Shown: piece by piece, positions 25,695 to 38,925 of the stretch | Numbering within the stretch: the first letter of the stretch is position 1 | How the letters are laid out: each line of letters begins with the position of its first letter | Assembly: GCF_006345805.1 (NCBI RefSeq) | Contig: NC_042997.1 | Coordinates: forward strand, 88,474,001 to 88,538,000 | Reading direction: 5' to 3' | Source of the DNA: Octopus sinensis | Taxonomy: Eukaryota | DNA: 64,000 bases | Program-made: the position numbers and the translations under genes | Notes under the pieces: generated by a model | The model's input: only the letters and a program-made list of their open reading frames with translations | What the model was told of the DNA's origin: nothing | The model's database searches: none

Positions 25695-26410
25695 CTTGAT
25701 TTGTTTCTTTATTGCCCACAGGGGCTAACAGAGGGGACAGCACAGCCTGATCGGGGTCTGACACACAGATGAGTATAATTAAAAATTTAAATGCGGTTAC
25801 AATGAAATCGAATGAAATACAACATAAAAACAAAATTACAAACACAATGAGGTAGTAAAAACAGGTTAAGCTCCGACCCCACGAGTGCTGTTCTACTACC
25901 GGCCCCTTTCATTAAGACTTATGACATGTTCATAAGGAGTTATTCACGCACAACATCCATGCTACATGCATCCATCTGTCTTTGAACATACTCTTCGACA
26001 AGCATCTTCTCTCCAGCCCCACTTACCTTTTCAGGTGAATGGTGAAGAACCTCACCAACCTGAGACCAGAGATGAATTTACCTGTCGCCAATCCTTTCAT
26101 TCTCGACTTCCATATCACCTCTTTTGCAATTGCTACTACTATGAGAAAGCAATTCTTACCTTCTTTAGTGAGGAAATCCGGCAGGTCAGTTTTTAAAATT
26201 GACTCAGATGACACCTGTACTCTTGAATCTGACAACAGGTGTTCCGCATAAGTCCACACTTCTGACACTTGCGGACACCAAACCATAGTGTACAGGACGG
26301 TTTCCCTATCCTGCTCACATCTTGGACAGGCTGAAGGACTGGGCTGGCCGTACTTGTGAGCTTATCCCGAATGGGTAAGGCTCCTCAGTAACATTGCCAG
26401 GCCAGAGACC
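25695..26410 (-). mobile_element. 3' portion of an L1/Tx1-clade LINE (C-terminal zinc knuckle plus 3' UTR)
   Basis: The minus strand gives ALPIRDKL../SPSACPRCEQDRETVLYTMVWCPQVSEVW..AIAKEVIWKSR (zf-RVT-like), then a T-rich 3' UTR ending gtcccctctgttagcccctgtgggcaataaagaaacaa. Confidence 0.75.
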
Positions 26411-26564
26411 CTTAAAAGTTATCTAAAGTCTTTGGCATGTACCTATCCTGCTATCTTAGTTTCCTTTACAAAATATTACCTATAATCTTTCTTCTTCACT
26501 GGAACCCACTTTCTACCTAAATTTTTATTTTCTTAATGAATTTCAATGATTTAAACTGAATATT

Positions 26565-26775
26565 GATTTTTAATTTTGGTACAAGGCCAGCAGTTTCTGG
26601 TTAGTAAGTCAGTTGCATCTAGCCCAGTGCTCAATGGTACTAATTTTATCGATCACAAAAGAATGAAAGGCAAAATTGACATTGGCAGAATTTGAGCTCA
26701 GAACATAAAGATGAGCAAAATGTTGCTAAGCATTTTGTCTGGTGTGCTTAATATTCTGCCAGTTTGCCACCTTAC
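26565..26775 (-). mobile_element. tRNA-derived SINE, family A (tail type 1)
   Basis: 14-bp TSD ttaaactgaatatt at 26551-26564 and 26776-26789. Confidence 0.85.
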
Positions 26776-27574
26776 TTAAACTGAATATTAAGTACACAAA
26801 GTTCGCAAACATCTCTGCCACCCAGAGTATGACAGAATGTAAGCATACTTCTACTTAAAATTTACACAAACTTTTTAAAAATCTTTTTACTCAGATCTTT
26901 TTTCTAAAGTTATTGTTACTAAATTTGAGCTGAAAATAAGGTTAGCTTCTTCAGTGTAGAGATAAAAAGTTTATGTTGAGGATGTATTTGCTCAGTAGAT
27001 TATATGAGAATTAAGACGCCACATGGATTATTGCTTCATTCAGCTTTTTATTCATTATCTTCATCAGCAAATGTATTTGGTAAACATTACTAGCAATGTA
27101 TTTATAAAGTATGTAGAAAATTTATGTCTCCATACTTGAAGATGGTCAACTGGTTTGATATAGTTAAACCTCTCACAAATACTGGCTCTTAATTCTGATT
27201 TATACAACATTAACTAAGATGTCAATTATTGCAGATAGTTTTCTCTAGATTTGATGCTTGGGACGAATGGAAAAGTCTTTGATCTCAGCTTGATAAGTAG
27301 GAGATAAAAAGAAATTAAATGTCTTATTCAGACACATTTTAAAGCACTAATAGTAAGATATGAACTCATGACCCATGAGTCACTTGTCAGTCATTTCAGG
27401 CAACTGATTTTAAGACTTTGTGGAAGCTAATCAATCCCATACATTGTTCCATGAACATCATACTCAAGTGATTATATCCCTTTTCAATAAATTTGTGACC
27501 TCATGGCAATGTAAAATCAATAATATAAATGCCTCCTGCATCATTCTTCAGCTGAGTGTTCCTAATCTTATGGG

Positions 27575-27760
27575 CTCATGGGTGTCGGGACCATGTAAAA
27601 AGCACCCAGTACACACTGTAAAGTGGTTAGCATTAGGAAGGGCATCCAGCTATAGAAACCATGCCAAAACAGACATGGAGGCCAGGCAGCTTTCCAGCTG
27701 GACAGCTCCTGTCTAACCTATGCAAGCATAGAAAATGGACATTAAATGATGATGACAATG
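27575..27760 (+). mobile_element. Family C repeat
   Basis: catgtaaaaagcacccagtacac..gcattaggaagggcatccagctatagaaacc..ggacattaaatgatgatga. Confidence 0.8.
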
Positions 27761-30700
27761 TTTGCATGGTAGAATCAGTTTGGTTGATTTCAATTATTTC
27801 TTCAGTTTCAAATATTTTTATGAATTTTTGGTATCAATAATTGGAGTAAACTGTTTTAAAATGTGGGTAATTTATTGACACAGAATTCTATGATATATAA
27901 AGTCAGGACTACATGATGCATAAAACCTAGAAATTCCATGGAATTCAAGTTTTAATTCTCATTTAATTGTAACACTTTCATTCTTTGTTAGAACCATGAC
28001 ACACAGAAAGTGTGTTTCTCATTGTCCATTGGGGACGTAACTAAAATTTGTGTAGTTTCAAACTGTTACGATGCAAAGTTTGAAAAGCTTCTGTCAAAGC
28101 ACATATTGTACACAGTCATCTATTCTATAGAATAAGAGACTATGTACAATATTTCATGCATAGCTTGAGAGAAAGGATAGATGAAAGATGTCAACAAGTA
28201 GTGAGGTTAGTTTCAAACAAAAGCAAGCCATGGTATTCTTTTGTGACATTTACTAAATTAGACCTTGTAAACTTTCAATAGCCGTGCAGAATTAATAAAT
28301 AATTTGGGCACTATGTACTTGAAGATGCCAAGGAGGATCAATGAAAACTGAAGTTTACATTTTTAGAGTTCTTATCTCAGCATATTAACTGGTACCGAAA
28401 TAAAAGATCAATAAAAAATGCTTTGAAAAAACTGTAGTTAATTCTCAAAGGAAAGAAATTTCAAACAAGGGCGATAACCAAAGACAAAAGTTACGTTCCT
28501 TTAGTTGTAGAGCCGTGTCACATTATTGCTTTCAATTCATACGAAAGCTATCTAACTTTATTGTGTAAGCTCCATCTTCTTAATGAATATTCCAGAGTTT
28601 AAGCTCTGAAACAGGAAATAGGTTAGCTGATTCCGATATGCATGCGAAAATAAGTTTTATATAAAGAATTACAATAAAAAAAAGTACCTGGGGGGAATAA
28701 GAGAGCACTAAATTGTAATTTAACTTTAAAAAAAAAAGACAACGATAAGAGCACGGTTTGCCATGTTTACAAAACGTGGTGGACGTTTTAAAAAAGGCAA
28801 AGTATTGATTTGAAACATTTACCAGAATTTAGAAATAATTAAATTTCACCAACTTAACTCTGGACCCTAATTCCGAGGCTTTGTTTCCTTTTTAAATGAT
28901 GCCTATTTTAGAATGCAGAGGCATAAACCAACATAATTTACATTACGAAAATTTTGTTTTAGATCTTGAATCTGTAATATCCTTAATCTAGTAAATGATC
29001 TTGAATAATGTAGTATTTTTTAAACTTGATACTGGTAGTAACTGGGTTTATTTTTTCGGACAGTTGAATGTTTATACTTTTTCAGACTATTAACTTTATG
29101 TTTAGGGATGAAAAATGTTTCAATATTTGCATTAAAGCTACATTTCAATCAGTTTGTACTCTGCCTTTTGATTGGAACCTTATTTCTGAACTAAGCTTAA
29201 TCGCATTCTTATCATCTAGGTCACTTACACATGTACAATCTGTTTCATGTTCGTTTATTTTAATTTGTTTTTCACTAAAGGGAGGTCTACAGAAAAGAAC
29301 AAAACCTGCAAACATTTCACAGAACAATTTATTGCCACACATAAATACAAACTACATTGACCTTTTACAGTTAACAACAGCAATGATTATAGACTGTGAG
29401 AGAAATACTGCTCTCTGAGTTTACAGCAAGCTATTGGTAAGGCAACATGCAGCTTGCCCAACATATCTGAAAACATTTGTGCCCTCTACATGGTGATGGC
29501 AGTTCTTGTTCATGTATCTGTCTTGGCTCAACTAGCTGGTAGGGGTTGTTTGGTGTGGCAAGAATTGAGACACATATTGCTCAGCTGCCTCAACATACTG
29601 CAACAAGCTTAACAACAGCTTTTCATAGGGTACAAGAAGAATAGTCTAGATTAAATCATTTGATAGTGTCATGCTGATTGACTGGCTGCATAATTGATCA
29701 TGTGAAACTATTGTGGTTCGGTCATGATGTCTGACCAGTAACCTAGTGGTTAGGTTCCGAATCACCACTACAGGGTGAAATTGATGATGGGTAATTGTAT
29801 TATAGTTCTTTGATTATAAAACAAAAAATTATCTTCTATAGCATATAATTTACATTGTTCAAAACATATGTATTCTACCATTTTTGACCATATTGTTTTG
29901 ACATTAATTAGAGATTTTCAGTGTTCTCTCATTATTTTTAGAAGGGTCATCCTATTTCCTTTTGTAAATCTACTAAATGTGTCTGGGATGTTCTAATACT
30001 TCCATCTCCCAATGACTTAATTAAATGGTATAGTGCTACTATTGAACACTATCCTGGTATTGTGTTGACCATAGGATTATTTTGTCACTTTTTGGTTAGA
30101 CTTTTTCAATAATATAGGCTTACAATAAATTATAGCTTTAGAATTATTTATGAGTAGGCATAAGTGTAAGAAAATATGGTTGGTCTCTATTTTTCAAGAA
30201 TGCCCTTTTCGGATGATGTACTTCTTGTTTATAAACATTTCTTTTAGATTAGAGAAATGTTTATATGATGTAGACATGTAATAATAATACCATTTTTAAT
30301 ATGGTAGCTATGGTGAAATTCATTGTAAAATTTAGTGGATGCTGGCTTTTAATGCATAGTTGCTTTAACATTTACTCCTGTGTATTATACCAGTGTGTCA
30401 AAGAATGTTAGTTGGTTATTATTTTCCTCTCCATAGTCAGCTGTGTAGATGATTCATGCTTGGAGCTCATTTGTTCCATTGAAAACTTGACATCTTTCTG
30501 ATGACAACAAAGTTTTCCTTTATGTACCTGAGTTTTAGCTTGCATTTCTGAAAACTATGTCAAAGTGTTCATGTTGATATTATTGTTTAGTTCCAGGCTA
30601 GCAAACCCCTAATCAAATGCACATTCAAGCCAAAGCTATTTTTAAAAAAATATTTTTGGGCAGTGTGTTTAGGCTTGTGATTTGAGAGAGATTTAGCTTC

Positions 30701-31155
30701 TAATTATAGTAATTTGATGATCATTTGGGGACTTTCTTGACCTGTTTGATATTGATGTTTGAAATTACTGACAAAAACATCTTGAGTTTCCAAAGTACAA
30801 TTTTGTGTTACTGTAATGTTTTATAATTGTCAGGTCAGAGATCTCATCACAGGCTAATGAAAGCTGCTACTGGTACTATGTAAACCAGAACTACTTGTTC
30901 CATGATTAAGTAGTCAGTGACTAAACCAGCTCCCCCACTTGAGTATCTTGCTACTCTTGTGAGGAGGGTGTCTAGACACCCAGCAGAGCTAAAGACAACA
31001 CCTGTTGAAGGATAGAGGAGTTCTTTGTTGGCTGATGGTCATCTAGTTGGGGAGAGTAATGGCAAACCACCTCAATATTTCTGCCAAGAAAACGCTATGA
31101 GAAAGTCAGAATAAAATTAATGTTATGGCTTCATCCGATGGTAAAACTCATGCTT

Positions 31156-31392
31156 TTGAAGGCAGCAAGCTGGCAGAAACGTTAGCACAACGGGTAAAAT
31201 GCTTAGCGGTATTTCGTCTGTCTTTACGTTCTGAGTTCAAATTCCGCCGAGGTCGACTTTGCCTTTCATCCTTTCGGGGTCGATAAATTAAGTACCAGTT
31301 ACGCACTGGGGTCGATGTAATCGACTTAATACCTATGTCTGTCCTTGTTTGTCCCCTCTGTGTTTAGCCCCTTGTGGGTAATAAAGAAATAA
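31156..31392 (+). mobile_element. Well-preserved tRNA-derived SINE, family A (tail type 2, Tx1/L1-like tail)
   Basis: CpG-retaining, with B-box gagttcaaattcc and a perfect 15-bp TSD gtaaaactcatgctt at 31141-31155 and 31393-31407. Confidence 0.92.
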
Positions 31393-33039
31393 GTAAAACT
31401 CATGCTTAATCAGGAAGACTTTCATTGTAGAGTCATCAACACACTGCAAAAAGCATGATACATGACAACAATGAGTGTTTTATAAGCAAGTTAGTCAACC
31501 CCATTCCCCTTCATGCTATTTACTTTGACCAAACTCATAAGGATAAAGTGAGCAAATATCTATGAGAGAAGAAATGAGAAGTGCTGCTTTTCATGTTCAG
31601 TGATATATTAGTGACAGAAACGTTATTAAATGGCTACAATAAATATTAACTCATCTGGAATTTACCGTTGATCAGTGTTACTCATCTGAAACAGTCTGTG
31701 GTGTTAAGTGTTAACCAATTACATGTTCATAATTAAATGTTTAAATGTGATATTATTTTATGATTTCTACATTTGGTATTTAAAGAAGGCATAATGATAT
31801 ACATCTAGGCTGTTAAATTATTTGATCTGATAGCCATTTTAATAAAGAAAAAAACCATAAAACATTTTGTTTTTAAAATGTTTTATTGCAAATGAGTGGT
31901 TTTATTGGGTTTTTTTTTGTTTTACTTTTTAAAATGTAAACATTTATACAGAGAATAACAGAATTTCCTAATCTCATTCAACAGATTGTAAATATGAGAA
32001 AATAATTATATCTATGTTCAGTGTTGTGTTAGGAAAGCTTATCTCCCTTGAAGTAATTTATTGCCTGAGAACACAAGATTGTTATGGTGATTCTGTAGCA
32101 TTAAAATACATGAAAGCCTGTTCTTCAGACACAGGAAACAAAGTCTTGTGGGTCTGATGATTTCTTTGAGACTTTATCTCCAAATAATCTCTTCATAAAA
32201 ACCCTGTACTTGAAAAATCTTCTCAGAAAAGCCTTATACTTTCAGCTGCAAGAAGCTTGGTAAAATTAAATGACCAACTCAAACAATGAATCACCTACAG
32301 AGTGTTGAACTCATGACCCAAACAGTGTCAGTTCAGTATTGTATTCTGATAATTTATCTTAAGTTTCAATTCATTTTTTGAATTCAAGAATAGAAATACT
32401 ATGCAAACAAGATAAGAAAAGAAACATCCAAGATTTAAAACAAACATTAAACGCCTTGTACAGATCCATTAAAACTTACCAAACACAAAAGGTTGTTTTA
32501 AATCAATTTTGTGTAAACTATCAAATGTATGTTACTAGTACTTATTTCCTCAAACTTTGAAGATTAAATATCAAAGTGAATCTTCAAAAGACTTGGGGTA
32601 GGCTCACACTATCTCACTTATATTCCTCATTCAACAACTTCTCTCTGTAGCTTTTTCATGACTTGTTCTTAACCTTGGAGTCCAAGTGTACCAGTATTGA
32701 TTTAGGTACACTTCTCAACACTAACTTGATTCATATAGATACAATGCATTATAAAAGGCATGAATTCTTCACACTTTCTATGTTCCTGGCATTAGTAAAT
32801 TCTCTGCTATCGGTTTTGTTCCTGACAAGATATATCTGTCATCATGTATCCTATTTAGCTCCCTAATATCATTCTTTCCACAGATCTTGTCAGTGGCTCA
32901 TGGTAAACTTACTGTGATGTTATCATTTCTCTATCTTTTTCTTTGCATAATAGATGCATTTGGTATTTTCCAACAAAGAACTGTGTGTGTGCATGCATCA
33001 GCCCACAGCCTCCCACCTCATTGCTATTTGTTGCATGTG

Positions 33040-33325
33040 CTGGTACAGACATGTCCTCCATCTCCCACTTGATCATCCTACCAGGGCTTTACTCTTATTC
33101 AATGCAGCCTTATGGCAGGCTCCACACTACATGGTTGGGTGTGATTGAGGAAGATCTCCAGATGTTCAACATCACCTTGGAGGATGCAGAAGGACTGGCA
33201 CAGGACCAACAGTGATAGGGAGCGCTGGTAGACCTGATCAGCTCTATGCATGATGCTGTCTCTAGGATCACTAACCCAGGATGACCCCAACCTAATCAAT
33301 CAAGAACATGAAGCAAAGCAAGTTA
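33040..33325 (+). mobile_element. RTE-type LINE 3' end with (AAGC)n tail
   Basis: Reads GRLHTTWLGVIEEDLQMFNITLEDAEGLAQDQQ; homologous to 4295-4520. Confidence 0.65.
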
Positions 33326-33466
33326 GTACTATTTGAAAATTTCCGTTAATTTCCCAACCATCCATTTACTTATCTTTTGCCAAAATCTGTCTTGTCTTTT
33401 AACTTAGTCATTAATAACTAATTAATGCTAAGGTATACATTACTAGAGGAATTTAGTGTTCACAAC

Positions 33467-34095
33467 CATCATCATCATTTAACATCCTTGTTGTCATGGG
33501 CTGAACAGTGTGACAGGAACCAGTGTGTTCAAAGACTACATTAAGTTTCAATGTCTGCTTTGGCATGGTTTTTATGGACAAATACCCCACCTAATGCCAA
33601 CCACTTTACAACGTGGAATGGGTGCATTTTTCATGCCACCTGCACTGTTAAGGTCACCATGCAGCCTGTCAACTGTCTCATTTATTTACTGAAGTACTAA
33701 ATCAATATGATTCTCATACTCAGCCGAGTGTTAGGTGTGATTAGTGATGTTTACATTGTAAATAGTTTAAATTATTTGCATCTCAAAATTTCAAGAGTGT
33801 TTATCCCCTTTCTTTTGTACCATTAAAATATTCTCCATATTTGTCTTTGTGTTGCGCTGTCTAACTTTGTGATCACCAGCAATGATAACTCACACTTAAA
33901 AATATACATCATCTTTTATTGTCCGTCTTCCATGCTGGCATGGAATGGACAGTTTGACAGGATCTGGCAATCAGAAGACTGCATTGAATTCCAATGTCTG
34001 CTTTGGAATGGTTTTTATGGTTGGATGCCCTTCCTAATGCGTATACACAAAATCTCGACTGGGTGAATTTTCCATTGGTGCCTATATTGAACATA
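33467..34095 (-). mobile_element. Two adjacent family C copies (33467-33665 and 33905-34095)
   Basis: Each begins catcatc..ttta and contains atggttttta(t)gg..atgcccttcctaatgc-like blocks. Confidence 0.65.
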
Positions 34096-36159
34096 CAGTG
34101 GGTCATTCAACTGAATTCCTACTCATGAAATTAATGTGTTACAATTTGATTTTGGTTAACCTTTGAATTACAGGCACAAGCCAGAGAGAGAGACAGAAGA
34201 AGAATCAACTCCAACATTGGAATGATACTTTATCAATCAATCTCAAAAAAAAAAAAATGAAAGCAAAGTTGATATCAGAGCAAAAACAGTCAGAATGTAT
34301 ATTGCAAGGCATCCAACACTTTAACAACCATCAATATACAGACTGTTTTTTATCTACTTAATTACTCATTTGTTTATTTTATATGAGTAAGAAAGGCAAA
34401 ATGAGCAGAAAAGGCAAAATAGACACAGAAAACACAAACATATTTCATGTCATAAACAGCTAACTTAGATATTAAGAAAGAGAAAGAGTATGTGTACGTG
34501 TGTGAATGTATAAATATATTCTTACCATCTATATGTTTATACATATGTAAATATTCACACTCAACATCAATAGACACATACATACTTAGATATATGTATG
34601 TGTTTCAAGTGGTCATTGAAATAAACTATTGCTGTAGAGAACAGAACAGTGTTATTGCTAACATCAGATTGGAATGATTTATCACTATAATCTTTTAACA
34701 AATCTATGCCTTGTTTAGGACAGCCTCTTATATCTTACAAATTGGGATAGAATTTCAAATCACTTCTTTCAGTTAGTGTTGCTGCTGCTGATAATGGTGG
34801 TGGTGATAGTGAAGTTGTTTTTTGTCTGAGGTCAGACTTAACTCAGCAAACCTATGATAAAAAGCATCCTAGCCCTGACTATCTCATCTTTCTTTTTTCT
34901 CAGGCATAGTCAGTCTAGGAGTATACTGTCTAATGCATCCTGTTTTTTTTAAAAGACAAATAGAGTAGGAATGAGTGAAATGTGACGGCTATTTTTAGCA
35001 AGTCTTCTGTCCACATAGAAACTTTCTTTTCTCGATGTTGGTATTAATAATAATGAAGACAATAAAAGGAGAATGATAAATGTAATATTGGAAATCATGA
35101 TTTAAGCAAGAGCAAAAATATTTTAAGATAACATGAGTAATTTACAGGCTACAAAGCAATTGAAATATTCTGTTTTAGCCTGTAAAATTACTGCACAGTC
35201 AACTGTATTGTATGCAAGACATGTAAAAACAATTGCACACTCATTAATTATTAACATTCAACTTCCTTACGTTCATAAGTGGGACAGATTATCATCATTA
35301 TTAGTCTCATCAATGTTCTATTATCTGCTGGTAAGGAGTGGGGTAATTCATATTGAATTGGATTGCATGGGCTTTCTATTAAGCATAAACATTACTTGTT
35401 TTGATCCTGTGTAATTTGTGTTGACCCAGTATCCTGAGATCTGATCAGACTGTTTTTTACCATGTCTTTTTGGTTTTCTCTCTCTCTCTTTCTCTTTGTC
35501 ATGGATATCTTCTAATGATATGGTACTTTTTCACCCATTTAAGAACTTAATTTTCTCTTTAAGTAACATGAAAGATGTTTGTGAGCTTTCATTTATTAAT
35601 AGCTAAACCTTTAACTGTGAAATTAAATTTCATGCTATTCCAGTAATGATGTTAAATATCTACCAAAAAAATAGAATTTGTATTCTCTGCAAGTCATTAC
35701 CTAAATAAACTTGACATATCCCAACAAAAAATAGTTTCAAATATGATGTTACTCATCATAAGATAGACTGGTATATAAAACTACCTTCTACAGTTAAGGG
35801 TAATGAAATTTAGAATGATTAGATTTCATTTCCACAGTAAAAGAGTTAAGTGTGAAAATTAGCCTCACTAGTTTTCTAGTTTTAAAATAGAGCACTATTA
35901 AGTTAATTCAATGACTATAAAAGAGGAATTCAATGCCTTGGGAGATAATTGTGATCAGTTAATCTATAGTGTATTGCAGTTTAGAAATTTTTAACAGTAT
36001 GTGCAAGGAAAACTGAATTCTTCCCATAAAAACAAACTTACATGTGTTTGTGGGAGGATTACTTCATTGTGAACCTCACCTGTGTTTTGCAAAATACCAG
36101 TAATTGCTGCAAGCTGAAATATCAACTGACCCTGCAGAGAAGGATCAGTCATTGGGATG

Positions 36160-36400
36160 TGAAGGCATATAGCTTAGTGGTAAGGGTATTGGATTCATGA
36201 TTGTAAGATTGATGTTTCAATTCTTGGACCAGGCAACGTGTTGTGTTCTTAAGCAAAACACGTCATATCCCATAGCTCCAGTCTACTCAGCTGGCAAAAA
36301 TGAGTAATCTTGCAATGGACTGATGTCCCATCAAAGTGCAGAATATATACACCATGAAACTGGGAAACCATCCCTTGTGAATTGGCATGACTTGAGAAGA
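36160..36400 (+). mobile_element. Old tRNA-derived SINE with a CORE-like central block
   Basis: tRNA-like head (agcttagtggtaagg..gtttcaattc), then gtgttgtgttcttaagcaaaacac and gcaatggactgatgtccc. Confidence 0.5.
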
Positions 36401-36518
36401 TAAGAAAAAAATGCAGTCATAGCTATATTAAGAAGATGCTTTAATTTAGTTTTACAGAGATGTACTTGCATAGCAAGTGACCTGATCTGAGATTGTGTGC
36501 TAGAACAAAAACAATTAC

Positions 36519-36773
36519 AGCATGGAAGGTGTTTATAAGCCATTTAAGAAACACACAAAAACCGTTAGATTCACTTCAACATTTAAATTTAATTTGTCAA
36601 AATATTTTCGTCGCTTTGAGACCACGACCTGATCACTGACAGCATGGAATTTTGTCAGTGAACAGGTTGCAGTCTCAAAGTGACGAAAATATTTTGACAA
36701 ATTAAATTTAAATGTTGAAGTGAATCTAACGGTTTTTGTGTTTCTTAAATGGCTTATAAACACCTTTCACGCT
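36519..36773. repeat. Near-perfect 255-bp palindrome (arms of about 122 bp, 11-nt loop)
   Basis: 36519-36641 is the reverse complement of 36653-36773, with about 7 substitutions and one 2-nt indel by eye. Confidence 0.95.
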
Positions 36774-37847
36774 ACAAGTGTCTTTAATTTTGTGTAATTA
36801 ACTAAATGTATTTAATCAGAAACTAATCAGTCATGAATAATGTTTAGTCCTAAGTCAGCCCTATTCAAGCAAATCAATGGTCAAAGAAAGCCATTCTAGA
36901 CATGACTATCCTGACTTTCATTCAGATATAGCATTATATCTTGCTCTACATTGTTTAGCATGTACTTGTTTTATAGATGGTAGCGTGCAATATGGGGGAG
37001 ATTTATCTTCTTTTTTAAGTAGATCAAATGTTCACATAGATACTTCCTAGTTGGTTTGTCAAGAATAATACTATTAGCTTTATATATTTGTTGTGCAAGA
37101 TTTTTTATGTGAAGTCGTGTGTTGAAACAGACATTGTTGTATTTTGGAATGGTCATTTTGCCAGTTTAGCCAATAAAAACACACGCACTATATATTTGGT
37201 GTTACTTTGCTTCAGTGTAATTTTTTTTTACATTAATCTTAATCTTATTTTGGCCAGAGTTCTTTCGTCACACTCCTGTGACCGCATCAGTGGTCTTTTG
37301 TTTTCTTCTTTCTTATTTGTGTCTCTCCTTACTAACCGTCAGCCATTTTGTATTTCTATTGTATGTGTCTTCATTTGTGCATGCATATATCTCTATGTGC
37401 ATCTATGTTTAGTTAGTGTGTATGTGTGTGGGGGGGGGGGAAATGCCTGTAATATTTGTATCTTCTGTTTATATACGTTCGTGTAATTTGTTTTTGTTTA
37501 TTCTTTTTTTTTATTTTGTTCATGTTTACATCCACTTATTATTATTATTATCATTATTATTACGTATGCTTGTATGTATGTATAACAACAATACTAGTAA
37601 TAACAATAATAATAATAATAATAATAATAATATTTCAGAAGTGTTTCAGCAGTGGTCTCACAAAGCTCCTTCTGGAATTCCTCGTGAGAAGTGCATGAGG
37701 TCAGCCATGTCTCAATCTTGTGTATGCTGGTACATCCATAGCACTGCTTCTAAGTTATATATTATACGTGCAGCTTCCTTTTTTTTCCTTTTTTTGTGTT
37801 GCTGGGTATTAGTCATTTTGGGTACTTAAGCCGATTTACAATGGATC

Positions 37848-38250
37848 TAGGTTTACAGAAAAAAAGTGAAAAAATGCGGATTTTGTTGGGGAAAGAGTAG
37901 CGGGGGGTGGGATTTAAAAATTCGATTTTTAGCAATTTTTCAGAATCTCCGTATCCGAAAACATGGGGTTTTGGCAAAAAAATTTTAAAAAAACAATAAT
38001 TTGCAAGAAAATGGGCTGGGGGGGGGGGGCAGGAAAAGTCTTTCCTGAGTTTCTTCTACAATGCAAGCATGTTATATTTTTATGTGACGCTGTTAACATT
38101 AAACAACTCTGACAACAAATGTCAACATGCATTAAAAAAAAAGACACTACTTGTATCCCAAATATAAATCTCACCAAGAATCAGTTAAGATACAGCTGAG
38201 TCTTTGAATTAAAAATAACATGTCTAATGAGTTTCCAAATGGTGTCCATT
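37848..38250 (+). repeat. Direct duplication copy 1 (~403 bp, near-identical to 39332-39736)
   Basis: Identical by eye from taggtttacag to ggtgtccatt except for G-run length. Confidence 0.95.
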
Positions 38251-38925
38251 AGTTTTCAATATATCTAGGAAGCATGTAGTGTGGGTCACTTTGTCCTCCA
38301 TTCTGCTGCACTTGCCCTGGATGCGTGCAAGTTCATTTCTGGCATATCCTGTTTTGATACCGAGTGGAAGTACTGAATTGTATTGGATGAACATATCTCT
38401 ACTGGCTGCTTTCCAGTGGAACTCGGTGTGGATCTCCCCTTCTTCCATTGTATTCAGTTTGAAGTCAAGTAGTGATAGTGATCCAGTGATGTCAGGATGT
38501 TCTATAGTGAACTTTATGTTCATGTCCATGCTATTGAACATCATGAATATTTTGTCAGCCTCTCCACGGGAGGATGTGAGTATGAGGATGTCATCTACGT
38601 ACCTGGTGAAGAAGGCGCATGAGCAGCAGATGTTGCGTGCTCGACATTCCAGATGGTTCATATAAGTGATGGCTAGTAGGCTTGAGAGATTGGATCCCAT
38701 AGGGAAACCTGTTGTCTGTTTGTATATGTGTTCCTGGAAAGAGAAATAGGTGTTGTCCACGATGATGGACAAAAGTTGATGTATATCAGCTGTGGTAAGT
38801 TCGAAGCAATGGATGTCGGACGCTGTTATGCAGTCAGTCAATAGTTTGACTGCCGAGTGTGCTGGTACTGTGGTGTACACTGAGACATTATCTACAGTAA
38901 CATTAATGAACAATGAGTTTTGCCA
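38040..38925 (-). mobile_element. Penelope-like element (PLE) reverse transcriptase fragment with decayed linker
   Basis: ORF 38224-38958: VDNVSVYTTVP, YKQTTGFPMGSNLSSLLA, RYVDD, IKFTIEH, LSLLDF, ILKTNG. A downstream frame has CCQSC..KNITCLHC, resembling the Cys-rich start of a GIY-YIG region. Confidence 0.85.

Noticed and set aside
28280-28352. RAELINNLGTM resembling HSP90 (LINNLGTI) or a TPR helix
   Set aside because: Only about 10 residues match, a stop follows shortly, the donor is weak and no other HSP90 or TPR exons are in the window.
28575-28606. Minus-strand LKLWNIH* as a terminal WD40 exon
   Set aside because: Too short, and its phase is incompatible with the nearest candidate upstream exon (29229-29286).
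29720-29790. tRNA gene candidates (also the SINE heads at 31156, 36160, 46291 and 53712)
   Set aside because: They have only A/B-box-like remnants with no complete cloverleaf, and are explained as SINE heads.
37929-38177. Duplicated ORF MVRFIFGIQVV.. (also 39469-39663) as a small host gene
   Set aside because: It lies wholly in the duplicated PLE-linker/foldback junction and its C-terminus comes from a G-run.
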